A stretch of DNA of 63,049 bases, counting the filler, from Reticulomyxa filosa (lineage: Eukaryota > Protista > Foraminifera): NCBI GenBank assembly GCA_000512085.1. It is 26 parts of 26 records of this genome, joined end to end, with 100 filler letters (N's around TTAATTAATTAA, not from the genome) between each part and the next. Parts side by side here need not be neighbours in the genome. Positions count along the whole stretch, not along the records: positions 20,851 to 26,227 come from ASPP01018734.1; positions 26,328 to 30,473 come from ASPP01022101.1; positions 30,574 to 32,810 come from ASPP01011833.1; positions 32,911 to 36,476 come from ASPP01019081.1; positions 36,577 to 37,626 come from ASPP01017968.1; 21 more parts are not named here. One strand, written 5' to 3'. The position numbers were made by a program, and so were the translations under genes. The notes beneath the pieces are model-generated. The model saw only the letters and a program-made list of their open reading frames with translations. It did not search any database and was not told the origin of the DNA. Numbering within the stretch: the first letter of the stretch is position 1; each line of letters starts with the position of its first letter. This document shows, in pieces, positions 25,094 through 37,726 of the stretch.

Positions 25094-26022
25094 ATGGATT
25101 CAAAAACAGAAAAGCCAGAACAAGGGGAAGTGAAGGTTGTTGTAGGTAATACGATAGAAGTATTGTCTAGATCTCTAAATAGTCCCAACTTAAAACCGAT
25201 TTACGAGAACAAATCGGATGAGAATCAGGAAAAAATCAACGTCCCCGAACAAAAAATAGACGAGAATTTGGAAGAAGTTAATACTCCCGAAAAAAAAAAT
25301 AGACGAGAATACAATTCTGCCTAGTGTTGTTCCCGTTGAAAATGTGCCTATTTCCGAGTGTCCTTGCGGCAGGTCATTAAAAAGGAATTCTCTGTACACT
25401 TCCCATAATATATATAATACAAAATATTTTTTTTTCCCCCCCCCCCACAATATTTGCTTTAAAAAAAGTAAGTGGCAGGCGATACCTGCAAAAGATTGTT
25501 ACGGTTCATCAAAAAGAGTACGTTGTGATATATGTAGAGAAATTTACGCTTCTGAAACTAAGGTAAGTATACGTAACGAAATTTTTCTTGTAAAAATGGA
25601 GTGGGAATTGTTTCTTTTTTTTTTTTTTTTTTGTAAACCAAAAAAGATGTATCATTGCCCGAAAGGAAAAATAGCAGACCATCCATCCGGCTGTGATATA
25701 TGTGAAAGTTGCTACAATCTTGAATTCCAGACATTGTGTGCGTGTGAAAAAGCTTCATTCAAGCGAACAAAAGCAAACAAAGCGTGTCCAGGAAGTGATG
25801 GAATTGTGTGCAATTCGTGCGATTTGACATACAGTGACGAAGAATGGGTACGTTTGGGTTTTTTTTTTTTTTTTTTTTTTTTTGTGTTGTTGTCTTAGGA
25901 ATAGTGTTTAAAAAAAATTACATTACAATCTGTGTCCATTGGGACGATACAGGTATATCACTGTCCACGAGGCAAATGTGACGAACACAAAACTGGGTAA
26001 AAAAGTACTTTGTAGTATCTCC

Positions 26023-26068
<46 letters not shown>

Positions 26069-26069
26069 C

Positions 26070-26104
<35 letters not shown>

Positions 26105-26206
26105 TCTTACTTTTATATTTTCAAACATTTGTTGTTTTTTTTAATTTATTTATTTATGTATTTTAATATAGATACTACTTATGTCGTGAGTGCTTTCTAA
26201 GCAATA
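25094..26206 (+). CDS. Protein with tandem ZZ-like Cys/His zinc-finger repeats (multi-exon, partial)
   Basis: Two units C-x-C...C-x2-C...YHCP.G....H..G..hC..C. An A-run frameshift near 25295 breaks the PE(Q/K)KIDEN repeat. Confidence 0.7.
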
Positions 26207-26793
26207 GTTTGGTTTTTTTTTTTTTTTNNNNNNNNNNNNNNNNNNNNNNNNNNNNNNNNNNNNNNNNNNNNTTAATTAATTAANNNNNNNNNNNNNNNNN
26301 NNNNNNNNNNNNNNNNNNNNNNNNNNNAGATGTTGTTGAGTTGAGTAGACATGTCAGATGTACTTTTTTTTTTTGAAGTGTTCTGACAATCCCTTTTGTT
26401 TAGAACGAACATTTGGATACGAAAAATTGATAATTCACTTGGAAATGATGGAATATGTTTATTTTCAACAAATAATCATAATTTTGAAATTATTTTAAAA
26501 TTCATTTTTTCAAATCTTGTTTCATATTGAAAGAAAAAATAAATTCTTTTCAAATGAAACATTTAAAAAAATATTTGCTGAAAAGATGTAATGGAGGCAA
26601 AAAAACTGTTTTCAGAAGATATTGAAATCACTTTCTATCTCTCAATTAAGATAAAGGCAAAAATATTTCAAATTCAATGAATCTAAACATTTGAAATTTC
26701 GTCTATGAAGAATTAACTATTTTTCATCAATATATTTGATATGCCTTCAAAGTTTTAAAGGTTTGGTTGTTAATGATAATGAACTATGAAGTA

Positions 26794-26871
26794 CAGTAGA
26801 ATGCAAAGTAAAAAATCGATCATTTCTATAAGGTGCCGTTTTAGGTGTCAACTTTACTTTGCATTTTACTG
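26794..26871. mobile_element. 78-bp MITE-like element with Tc1/mariner-pogo-type TIRs and TA target-site duplication
   Basis: TA|CAGTAGAATGCAAAGTAAA...TTTACTTTGCATTTTACTG|TA (18/19 TIR match); a related right end lies at 57942-57978. Confidence 0.7.
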
Positions 26872-27508
26872 TAGTTTAATTTTTTTAAAAAAGGAAAAGT
26901 GCGTGAAAAAAAGGTTTTTAAAAGTAAAAAAAGTGCATAATTTGACTAGAAAACAAAAATTATGATTTCTTAAAATAAGATTACACTATTGATTAGAGCA
27001 TAGTGTCATGATTATAGTTGACAAAACTATCAAAAAACAAAATAATTCTGTGAGATATTAAATTAAAGTCATATAGATAAAGTTACTTATATAATGATAT
27101 GAACTTTGGAAAAAGGGATTTGAATGTTGTACTTTAAATAAAATAGCTGGACTAAATTAAGTTTTTTAAATTAGTGTAATACACTTTTATGATTATAATA
27201 TATTAAATATTATCACATATATTTTTGAAATTACGTATTGTTTGAATTAATAAATATCAATTGCCTATTTGAGATTATAAAAAAAATGAACTAATTTGTG
27301 CAAATCCAAGTTTGAATTTTATTTAGCAAGTAGCCTCACACTTCCTCTTTACAAAAAAATAAAGCTATCATTTTAATTTTGAGTTTGCTATTTATATATA
27401 TTACAAATGTTTTTGTTTGAAAAATTTATTACAACGTGAACACGTTTTTTTTTATTTTCAAGGTCCTGTAACGCCTCCTTTTTTAAAAAAAACTACAATG
27501 TTAACAAC

Positions 27509-28684
27509 ATGGGTAATCGAACTGCAGCACAAAAACCTCCTGAACATCTTATTCCCTTTCAAGCTTTGAAGGAGTTGCCAACTCCTCTTTATCAGACTCA
27601 ATGCATGCTACACAAATACGAATTCCTCCTTTGTGGGGGTAGAAACGAAAGAGCTTGTTATTCTTATCATACACTCAAAAACGAATACAAGTTTATCTGT
27701 GAATATCCAAGTCATGTCAACTTATGGGGACATTGTGTAGTGAAACTGGCAGGTAACAGTAACAACAACAAACATAGCAATCAAATCACTTTATTGTCTT
27801 TTGGCGGATCATTTAAACATACATTAGTGATGAAATATGCAAGTGTTTGGAGTAATATATCAAACAAATTAAAGAAATCAAATAATTGCAATCAATGGGT
27901 TCCTTTCACAGACAATCACAATAATTTAATTACCATTGGAAGAGATAATGACGACTATGATGATTATTGTGGAGTGCGTGCAGTGATTGGCGGAAGCAAC
28001 AATCATTTATTATTTATCACTTATTTTCCAAAGTATATTAGTGTGTTTGATTTAAATGAATTTAAATTTATTGAATATGATCAATTACCAATTACAACTG
28101 ATAATTATATTGGTTATCATTGCTTTGTATCAAATTCAGAAAATGGACAAGGACAAGAAATGATGAAGACAAATAAACAAGACTATCAAATGTTGTTGTT
28201 TAAACAGAATACAGCATTGTCAATTAAATATGATGAAAGTAACAATATTTTTCAATTTCATAACCTGCATGTTTGTAAAAATATTGCGTCATTCTTTCAC
28301 TATGCATATGTGCGTGTCAATGATGCCATCTTGTTCTTTGGTGGATGGAACGATAAAGTTGCTGCTAAAGCTATTATTTCAAAATCAGTACACAAGTATT
28401 CAATTCGAGAAAACAAATGGACAACATTTCAAAATACTTTACCCAGTTCATTGTATGCTTGTGTTGCTATATTGAGTGAAGAAGGCAATCATATACACAT
28501 CATTGGAGGACAAGGTGATAGAGGTACAATAGTATCAACTCACATGAAGACTAAAGTGCGTGAATGGGACCCTTCACAGTTGGTGATTATTATTCATTAT
28601 TGGATTAGAACTTTAAAGATAAAATTAGGATGGATTGATGATTTTGATAAAATTGTTATCAAGTACAGTATAAATGCCAGTTAA
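27509..28684 (+). CDS. Kelch-like beta-propeller protein with C-terminal HWIR/LGWI module, single ORF
   Basis: Intact 391-aa ORF: FQALKELPTPL...LLCGG, GVRAVIGGSNNHLLFITY, ILFFGGW, IHIIGG, and tail IIHYWIRTLKIKLGWIDDFDKIVIKY. Confidence 0.88.
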   Translation: MGNRTAAQKPPEHLIPFQALKELPTPLYQTQCMLHKYEFLLCGGRNERACYSYHTLKNEYKFICEYPSHVNLWGHCVVKLAGNSNNNKHSNQITLLSFGGSFKHTLVMKYASVWSNISNKLKKSNNCNQWVPFTDNHNNLITIGRDNDDYDDYCGVRAVIGGSNNHLLFITYFPKYISVFDLNEFKFIEYDQLPITTDNYIGYHCFVSNSENGQGQEMMKTNKQDYQMLLFKQNTALSIKYDESNNIFQFHNLHVCKNIASFFHYAYVRVNDAILFFGGWNDKVAAKAIISKSVHKYSIRENKWTTFQNTLPSSLYACVAILSEEGNHIHIIGGQGDRGTIVSTHMKTKVREWDPSQLVIIIHYWIRTLKIKLGWIDDFDKIVIKYSINAS

Positions 28685-29244
28685 CATATATAAATGTTTC
28701 CATAAAAAAAGCACAATTAAATATTTATAAGTGATATCATATTTGAATATGGCTTTAATTTTTGTAAATTTTTTAAAAAAGTTGACAGTTATGTTTTATC
28801 ACTTTTTTTTGAGTATTTCCAAAAAATATTCGTTGAATATTTTTAGTCTAAATAAGAGTTTACAACTAAAATTTTTCATAGGACAAATAATATCCTATTT
28901 TATCTAACAAAGAACACGTAACAAGAAATTTCTTTTCCCTTTTTAATACACAAAAATATCACCAATTTGTTTGTACATAAACAAATGGAAAAATTATCGA
29001 ATTTTAGTTTATTATAAACATTGAACAATAATGCTATTTAATCAAAATAAATTAAAAATAAAATCATTATAAGTTGAAAATCCAAACAAATCATTGGAAT
29101 TTAATGTTCATATTCAATAGTATGACGATATTGATATTGATAAGACACCTTTAGGGAAGATTATTTTCCTACACATAGAGACAATCGAAACGTTACTAAA
29201 TTACATTCCTTTATCACCCCAACTTATTTCCATTTTCAAATGAT

Positions 29245-29326
29245 TGCGTATACATTATCTTGATGCTTGTAAAGCAGACACATATGAAGACAAAAATGAG
29301 TGAATGGAGAAACAGTTCACATTTGG
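29245..29326 (+). pseudogene. Kelch-like family C-terminal remnant
   Basis: THMKTKMSEWRNSSHL followed by a gtaat donor; matches THMKTKVREWDPSQL of the upstream gene. Confidence 0.5.
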
Positions 29327-30086
29327 TAATATTCCTTTTTAACGTTTTAAAACTTTTTGTTTGTAAAGTGAACTTTCATTTTCACTCAATACAAATTTTA
29401 GTTGAGTGTTCAAAACACCACATTTTCAAAATTGAACTATTGTGAAATTTTCATACTGAAAAAAGTTAAGTCATGTGTGTTACCAGATGATTATAAAACA
29501 ATTTGATTCAATTGTGAGACCTAAAGACAGGAGCTGAAATGCAGAAATTGGAAAAATGTTGATGTGGATGCCTAAAAATACAATTCTGCTTTTATATCAG
29601 AACAATCAGCTAAATCCTTATGATGGGTACAGCGTTTTTGAACTTCTAAAAAAGTGGGACAAATCTTTCTTTAAAATTTCATACTTATTGGATATTTTCT
29701 TGAGACAACCAAACATAAAAGGAATCCTTTAATAAAATAGTCGTCCAAAAAATTTAAGGTCTGTTAAAAATTCTCTCTTTAAGATCTAAAAAAGTTTTTT
29801 TCTTGTGAAAGGCGTCCTGTCTTTTCTCAAAAACTATAAATGTTTGTTTCAGAAAGATTAGCAATTACGGACAAGAAAAGCAAGACAAAACGATTTGAAG
29901 TTTATTTTATATATTTTTTATTCATGTTTTGGACAACAGAGGGCAAGTGCATATTTCCTAAAGTATTGCGTGCAAGTCTCCAAAATCACAGTTGATGATA
30001 TAAATAATAATGATATATTTACTTATTTGAATAATGAAGATATGTGTGATTTTGTTTTAATAGATAAAGCAAAGTGTAAAGGAGGA

Positions 30087-30395
30087 ATGCAAGATAGCAA
30101 CGGCGACAATGACAATACCAGTGCCATAAATGAAGGAGACAAGAAACATGAAAAGGAAATAAAAGCATTAATTCGACTATTCGGTGATTCAATTAATAAA
30201 GAAGAGTTAAAACAGAAAATAATAAATAACAATGGAAATATCGAATTGGTGATAAAAGGACTTGTTCAATTATCTGTTGAAAATGAGGTATATTACAACA
30301 TAAATAACAACATATCTTATTGTATTATAATTGATGTCTTTTTTATATTAAAAAGGAAAAGAGCAAAAGTAATGAATTGGGGAATATCGAACAGG
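30087..30395 (+). CDS. 5' exons of a protein with a CUE/UBA-like helical domain
   Basis: MQDSNG...EIKALIRLFGDSINKEELKQKIINNNGNIELVIKGLV; donor at 30288 and micro-exon 30357-30395. Confidence 0.55.
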
Positions 30396-30573
30396 TAACA
30401 AACAAAATTATTTTATTTATTTTATAACATTTTTTTTATCTTTATGTTTCTGTTTTGTGATGATAAATAGAAANNNNNNNNNNNNNNNNNNNNNNNNNNN
30501 NNNNNNNNNNNNNNNNNTTAATTAATTAANNNNNNNNNNNNNNNNNNNNNNNNNNNNNNNNNNNNNNNNNNNN

Positions 30574-30609
<36 letters not shown>

Positions 30610-30619
30610 CAATATAGAC

Positions 30620-30962
30620 CGTTGTATCATTGGAGAAGTGGAAATGTCATCGGTGCACCCACAGCAAAAAAAGAGCAGCCAGTTCCACGCCTTGTCTGCG
30701 AACTTGAACATGAACCACACGCACAAGACAGAAACCACGCTATCGACTGGAACGAGCAAACTGATGGAAGGATACGCAACAGTGCCTACCCACAGCAATA
30801 TCGACGACCCTGTTTCGATAAACACTAATACTGTCTGCTTGTACATCAGCCTTGTCAGCGGGTCATTTTGGTCACTGTCACTTCGGTCGCTCATGGACTG
30901 CATTGATCCGTGATAACTGCCAATCACGAGATTGCGAAGCTATATTTCACGTACATGTATAC

Positions 30963-30997
<35 letters not shown>

Positions 30998-31758
30998 TTT
31001 TGTAAGAAGGAGGAGAAGGGGAAAAAAGGTCTATAATTATACGTTTCCAAAAAATAAAATAAAAAACTTCCAACAAAGCAAAAAAAAAAAAAAAAAAATA
31101 CTTGTCTTAGTTTATAGATAAATAAAAAGCACACGAGCAATCGAAAGACGGAATCAAAAATGACATAAATAGTGACTCCGAAACGAATGAACGGGCTCTG
31201 GGTATTGGAAAGTTGCTGCTAACACACCAGCGCGTATGCGTAATGGGATCCTTTAGGCTCGTTGCCCCGAATTCGTTTGTGATTATCATTATGCCGATCA
31301 TAGCGTACAACACTAACATGCCGTACACGATTGCAATCACCAATAACAATATTCGGTTATATGCAAAAGCAGATACACCTATCGTCATATGAATGCGCCA
31401 CACAAACGTCAGAAACACAAACATACGGCCTGCTGCATAACAAAAATAGGGAAATGCGTAGCGGAACGCGCAAGGAATACCGCCTTCTTTAATTGGAAAT
31501 ATTATATCTGTTTTCAAAAATACGTACATCCCACATGTTACAAAAAAACTCAAATGCACTGCAATACTCAATATTTTCACCAATAATGCTATCTCCTTTT
31601 CTTTACCAAAAAACAGTTCGTAAGACATGTAGATCATTAAGCCCCCAATTACTATCATTCCTACAAGCGCAAACCTAAGCACGGGAAAAATCCGAAGGAT
31701 TCAAGTCATTCTCCTCTGTTCTTGATTCTCTCGTATTATTTTGTGCTTTCGTCACCAT
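30620..31758 (-). CDS. Orphan 7-transmembrane GPCR-like protein
   Basis: Seven hydrophobic segments over two exons, Cys before TM3 (IPCAF) and in ECL2 (RWCV), TM7 DSVVSVLCVWFMF, tail with FFCCGC. The ATG at 31758 needs a 1-nt correction in a T-run near 31688. Confidence 0.7.
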
Positions 31759-32212
31759 AAACAATGCGAATAACAAATACCATACAATATTATACATTTT
31801 GTGGAGTCAATAATTTCTTTTAAAAGGACACTGCCTTATGAAACCAAAAAACCTAAAACTTGGCCTTTAAAACTATTTTATGGATTTTCTTTTTAAATAA
31901 ATAAAATCACCATGTAATATATAGTTGATAGTTTTAGTTTATAACATAAAGTGTGGATTATCTCACCTCAGTAAAAATTTTTTTTACAATATAACATCAA
32001 CAGATTTAAACATGCCACAAGTGTTTTTTTTCTCTTTTTTGACCACTGAACACACAATACCCACAAAGGCAAAAAAAAAAAAAAATCCTTTTCAAAAATT
32101 GTTTTCTTGTATGAGTCTTTGTGTAGTCATTGAAAGACAGCAACGCAAATGAATAGGTTGGTAATACACGTGTGTTGTTTTTTTTGTGATTGATGTCTTG
32201 TGTTTTTCCTTC

Positions 32213-32649
32213 ATGACAAAGACAAACGTGAATAGAGTGACTCGCGTTCACCAAAACAAGCAGGTATGGATAAACAGAAGACAATACCAAGCATTTGTGA
32301 AAAATTATTGGCTAAGACGTCGTGTGCAACGTCGGGAGAGCAGTTTCAGACAAGGTGAGTGTGCAGACGGTACAGCATTGCCAATGTTGTGGGCGGCAAT
32401 GAGCGCACTGGGTGTGGGAGTATTGTCACGCGAGGCAGATCAGTCTGACCATCTCCTTCCGGAACGAGGAGGAGCAGGACTGCCAGCGGCGGCACCACCA
32501 CGGTCACTCCCGCAGCCACTTCCAAAACCCGCATCAACCCAAGTGCCCTCATCCACATCAACACCAGTGTCTGTGTCCACTCCCACGTCCCCATCCAAAG
32601 GAAAGACCGTGGCCACCACTGTGGACGCGAATAGCTTCGAATACGAAAG
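32213..32649 (+). CDS. Hypothetical protein 5' exon (basic N-terminus, hydrophobic segment, P/S/T-rich linker)
   Basis: GC-richer open frame ending at a probable splice donor before a poly-T intron. Confidence 0.4.
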
Positions 32650-32773
32650 TATACAATTTTTTTTTTAATTTTTTTATTTTTTTGAGAACTCTTTGTTTTT
32701 CTTTTTTTCCACAGCTCCAAACTCTTTCCTTCTTTCCCCCTCTCTACTTTTATCTTATCTCTTTCCTTCTCCC

Positions 32774-32810
<37 letters not shown>

Positions 32811-33099
32811 NNNNNNNNNNNNNNNNNNNNNNNNNNNNNNNNNNNNNNNNNNNNTTAATTAATTAANNNNNNNNNNNNNNNNNNNNNNNNNNNNNNNNNN
32901 NNNNNNNNNNACTCGTTCTTGCAATTTTGAGCAGTTGGGTAACTATATTCAATCTAATGCATAAATGATATATATTCGGATCTGTTCATTTGCACAGACA
33001 ATACAATCTTGTTTTAATGTTATTAGTTCAGTTTTTTAAAAAAAAGTGTGGTGGCCAAAAAAAAAAAATGTACGTTTTATGTTTATGTATTTAAACACG

Positions 33100-35250
33100 T
33101 GAAGCAAATCCATATGAACGCTACTTCAACAGCTGCGACGTACTACTGAAGAACAACAATAGCGAGAGCAAATGCTGCTTCTTGCGGATGGAACGGTCGA
33201 AATTGAACACATATCAAGACAGCGTTTCGACAATGAAGCGAACAACAAACTGAATAGTAAATACAAGCCCTAGTTTTATTTGACCAAATTCAAGATAAAA
33301 CAATATTGAAATATAAAAAAAAGGACGAAAGTTTATTTACCTTTTGTTTATTTATTTACGCTATTGAAGCGAATTATCAAATACTTGATCAATGTACGCA
33401 ATCATAAAATACGCAACATCGCAGAAGCATCCAAATATCAAAGAAAACTGTTAGCACGTCAAGAGTCTGTGTCGACATTAACAACATCATTTGGGGCATC
33501 ACTGTTGCTAACGAAATTGCCGTACAATACTTTTTAAGCCATGGACCAGGCGACTAATTTTTGAAATAGTCGAAAGCAATATTTTATTGGCTTTTGTGTA
33601 CTAGTTAAAGGAGTACCGGCCCAAAGTAGCACTTATATGCGGTGACCACAAATTGTCATGGTACGCAGAACACATGTACATACTACTGGACCCCATGCGC
33701 TGACGGCTATCGTGAGGAACAAGCGGCAGCGTGATGGAAGGCAAAAAAACAAAACAACGGCAACTGCAACAAGTTGACAAGATAAGATAACTTTGGGGAG
33801 GCAAGCTAAATCAATCTCCGGAAAATAGACGATCAAATACTCGAACGGAACAACATTCAACGGGTTGCAACTTCGTGCATTTGATGTCATATATAAATTG
33901 CTAAAGAAAATCGAAATTTTTGTCCGATATCATTGCCACCGTAAAAACGAGGTAATGGAATTGTAGATAGCAGCCACAAGAGATAAGTGCTGAAAGGATT
34001 TAAAAGCAACGAAAGAGCATCATGAAAAATGAAGAAAACAAGATCGAAAGAAAGCCAATAAGTATTGAGCTGTGATACAAATTGACAAAAATGTATTCAC
34101 AAAAAGAAGTATATGAACAAGTGTTATTACGATTGTTTGATTGCTTTTCCACCAAAGACGATTTGGCAGATATACTGTTGCCACGAGAATCAACTATCAA
34201 GTGCGCATGGATGCTCTAATCACCATCTTGCAAAGATATTCCTCTGGATCAAAAACAAATAAAACCTCTTCGGATATGAAGAATCCAAGATCGCTCGCAC
34301 AAAGTCCATCTGAGAATTATTATGTCAATGTTTTGCAAGAATTGATCGAATTTTGTGTCAATCAATACGTTACGCTATTTAAATATATATATTAAATAAT
34401 ATACAAATCGCAAATAATAAAAATGCAGATCAACATTGTATTGGAGAATGAGTCAAGTGTGTCAGAACAGAACACAATCCAATTGTTAGCCTGATGACAG
34501 GAGGATTTAATGTTGAAATAGCGATTGCTTACTCATTACAAGGTACTAACCGTAGTCAATAAATATATCCCAAAAAAAAGTGGAGACTTAGCGAAGCTAT
34601 TTTGTACGCTTTCTTCAATTTGCATCCATTTTGTTATCTGCAACGACGCAGATTATTAAAGAACAGACTGTCTCAAAGGCAAAGTAGCGCCTGAAGCTGA
34701 CAAAGACAAGTTGGACACACATAATAAGATTGATACTACTTTCAGTATTAGCAAAGCTACAATATTTCAAGAATATCGAAAAAATTACTCACATTGAAGA
34801 TTTTGTAATACATATATGATTTAGAAAAACAATATATTAGTGAAAAAGATTTGTAAGTGCAAATGCAAAATATGGAGTGCAGTGTCAGCCAAGATATTAA
34901 AACTGGAAAAATTATATAAGCAAACAGAGACAAATGCTTTTCAAATCAAACAAAAAAACTGGATTGTCCGACTAGTAGAACATTTGTTCTGGTGATAACA
35001 AAAGTAATTTTAATTGCAATCCAGTTTGCTTGCAAGTGTAAGAAATAGAATCAAGCAAGTAACAATTGTATCACACCTGTTAAATTATATATTTCCATAT
35101 GAAGGACATCGTTATGTTCCAATTGGTTATTGTGTGACCGTTCAGCATATTTGCCACATTCCTGGAAGTAGCAATTCAAAATGTTTGTCTTTAAATGTCA
35201 TTTCCGATATTTCCTTGAACAATCAAAGTTAATCTGTTTTGAAAATTCTT
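33100..35250 (+). pseudogene. Heavily decayed large helical-repeat-like gene
   Basis: Coding-like fragments broken by many stops (WYAEHMYILLDP, RINYQVRMDAL, NVLQELIEFCVNQ); weak resemblance to UTP20, unverified. Confidence 0.25.
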
Positions 35251-35749
35251 TGATGAAAGTGATCAAAGTTAAATTGTTGGTTCATTTTATTTAGTTTAGT
35301 TTCAATTATATTTGTATTGGATTTGTTTCGAAAGAAATACACATAAATTATTGTAGCAATTTCAGATGGATAAATCTTGTAAAAGACGAATGGAGGTAAG
35401 ATGATGAGAATGGTAGTATTATAAAATAGTATATAGACATGAAGATCAGTTGGAAGGATACTTAATGTAAGTTGGAGATCCCAAAATGAGTATCAAGTCG
35501 ATTCCAAACTAGCAACGGATAAAATGAAGTGATAAAATGTGATATCGAATACAAAGGCAAATACAATGACAAGATCATCAATAGCAGAGTTAACACTACA
35601 CATATATATATATACAGCATACTGTAACCTCTTTTACGCTGCATTTTTTTTTCAAATAAAAAATAGATATATATATGTATATTAGATAAGAGTAGCATGA
35701 ATAAACAATTATATAAATAAATACATTCATCTTGCTTGAATGGAAGAGA

Positions 35750-36186
35750 ACTAGTTTGAATAGTGTTCATTGTAACAACTGACTGTTGACACAGTTGCCT
35801 TCTTTGATTTATATGCTAAGGAAATCTATGGATTGATTGTAAGATTAATCAGCATCCAGATAATGAAATTGGGTGGACAGGTAAGGCCTTGTGCCTTTTA
35901 CTTTACAGATTTGTGTAATGAAAGAACATGAGTTTGATGGTCAACGTGTGTCCAAATCGCACAAATAAAGACTGGTGACTGCCCTTGCACAAGTAACAAC
36001 AGCCAATGCAAGGAAATCAACATTGGTCGGAATGCTAAAGTCTTGTGTTTTAATTCGAGTGCCAACAGCAGTAATTGCAAAAACAGAGCCACTAATAGCA
36101 ATGCGTACAATAGTTTGATCAGTATCTAAAATACAATCGTATATTGTTTGTCTCAACGCCTCTATTAAATCTTGGCTAACTGTCAA
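35750..36186 (-). pseudogene. Decayed HEAT-repeat (importin-11-like) fragment
   Basis: LRQTIYDCILDTDQTIVRIA...DFSI...CDLDTR*, next exon PYLSTQFHYL; in-frame stops present. Confidence 0.3.
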
Positions 36187-36619
36187 ACATTATATGTAAG
36201 TACACACATACACATACGTATATCTTCTTTGTAGTTTCTCTTTTTTTAAAATTTATTTATAGAAACAAGAAAAAAAACATGACTGTAAACAGCAAAAAAA
36301 AAAAGGTATCCAACTGAATAGAGCCACTTCCAAACACCGAGTGAATAAAATGAAGATAAAAACGAAGAAGACGCCGAATGCAACAACAACAATTGAGAGG
36401 ATAAATAACAAATTGCAAGCATTGCAAGAAGCGGTGCACCTTGACGGAGCGCAATATCTTCATAAACAGCTCAGATNNNNNNNNNNNNNNNNNNNNNNNN
36501 NNNNNNNNNNNNNNNNNNNNTTAATTAATTAANNNNNNNNNNNNNNNNNNNNNNNNNNNNNNNNNNNNNNNNNNNNTAATAATAATAATAATAATAATAG
36601 TAATAATAATAATAATAGT

Positions 36620-37350
36620 ATACTTTCCTTGCCAACATGTGCAAAACAAAGTCCCAAAAACTTGGCTTTGATCGCATTGCAAAAGATCCCTAAACATACT
36701 GTCTTATGTCAGTATATTGGCTGCGAGTATTTTTTCAATGAATTTGAGCTTTTATTTCACGGGTCCAACCAAGAACTACTTCGCAATAATTATTCTTTTG
36801 CCTTGTGTCTTGATTGCACTGAAATCTTACGCATTAAAAACGACGATTTGGCTCACTTTATTCAACGATACTTATGCACTGATAATATCGGAACTGAGCA
36901 TTGCCCGAAAAACAGGCGGCATATTCATTTGATGATTGACGGAATTGCCATGCAATCCATTTCAAATGTTTCCAATTTCTGTTGTTTCTTCAATCGCTCA
37001 CTGATTCCTTCTTCCGACTCTTCTTCTGCTTTTGACAATTGTGAATTTGTAGAGGTATCTTTTTTTTTGTTTGACCGTTTTATTGTATTTTTTTTTAAAT
37101 ACTTAATATTTTGATTGCTCCAAAACACGAAATAAAAAAGGCATTGGTTAATGGATGGCCTGCGGTCTTTTGTGTAACAAAGGAGGATATTCAATATAAC
37201 AGTGTTCTCACTGCGTCTTAATTGCTTTCTTTGAATTTTTAAACATTTTATGGTGTTATTTCGCTGCTTTCTATGCACAAATTTTTTTTTTTTGTAAACT
37301 GATATCTTGGATACGTAGACACTATTGCAACGCATTGTTATATCACTTAA
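36620..37350 (+). CDS. SET-domain protein, C-terminal exons, degenerate catalytic motifs
   Basis: LALIALQKIPKHTVLCQYIG, YSF, IDG...NFCCFFN...NCEFVE/ALVNGWPAVFCVTKEDI; stop at 37348-37350. Confidence 0.75.
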
Positions 37351-37726
37351 AAACTATTTTTTTATTTGTGTGCACAATCGCTCACAAAATCCAATATAAA
37401 GAGATATATTATGCTAAAAAGCACAAACATAAAAGTTCACAGCTGAATGGTACCATTGTAGAGATCCATTTGATCATTTTCTTTTTGAATATTTTTAGTT
37501 TAAAACTGTGAATTAAAACCAAAAGAAAATTACATCAAGAGCAAGAATTAGCACATTTCACTTTGTTCGATAGCTTTCTTTGTTTTTTTCATTCGTATTG
37601 TTGTTTGCTTTGGATTTGTTGTAATANNNNNNNNNNNNNNNNNNNNNNNNNNNNNNNNNNNNNNNNNNNNTTAATTAATTAANNNNNNNNNNNNNNNNNN
37701 NNNNNNNNNNNNNNNNNNNNNNNNNN

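Noticed and set aside
25289-25300. Frameshifts in A/T runs (2357, 25295, 31688, 40120) as programmed frameshifting or phase variation
   Set aside because: They are single-base indels in homopolymers in a draft assembly, typical of sequencing error; not testable without reads.
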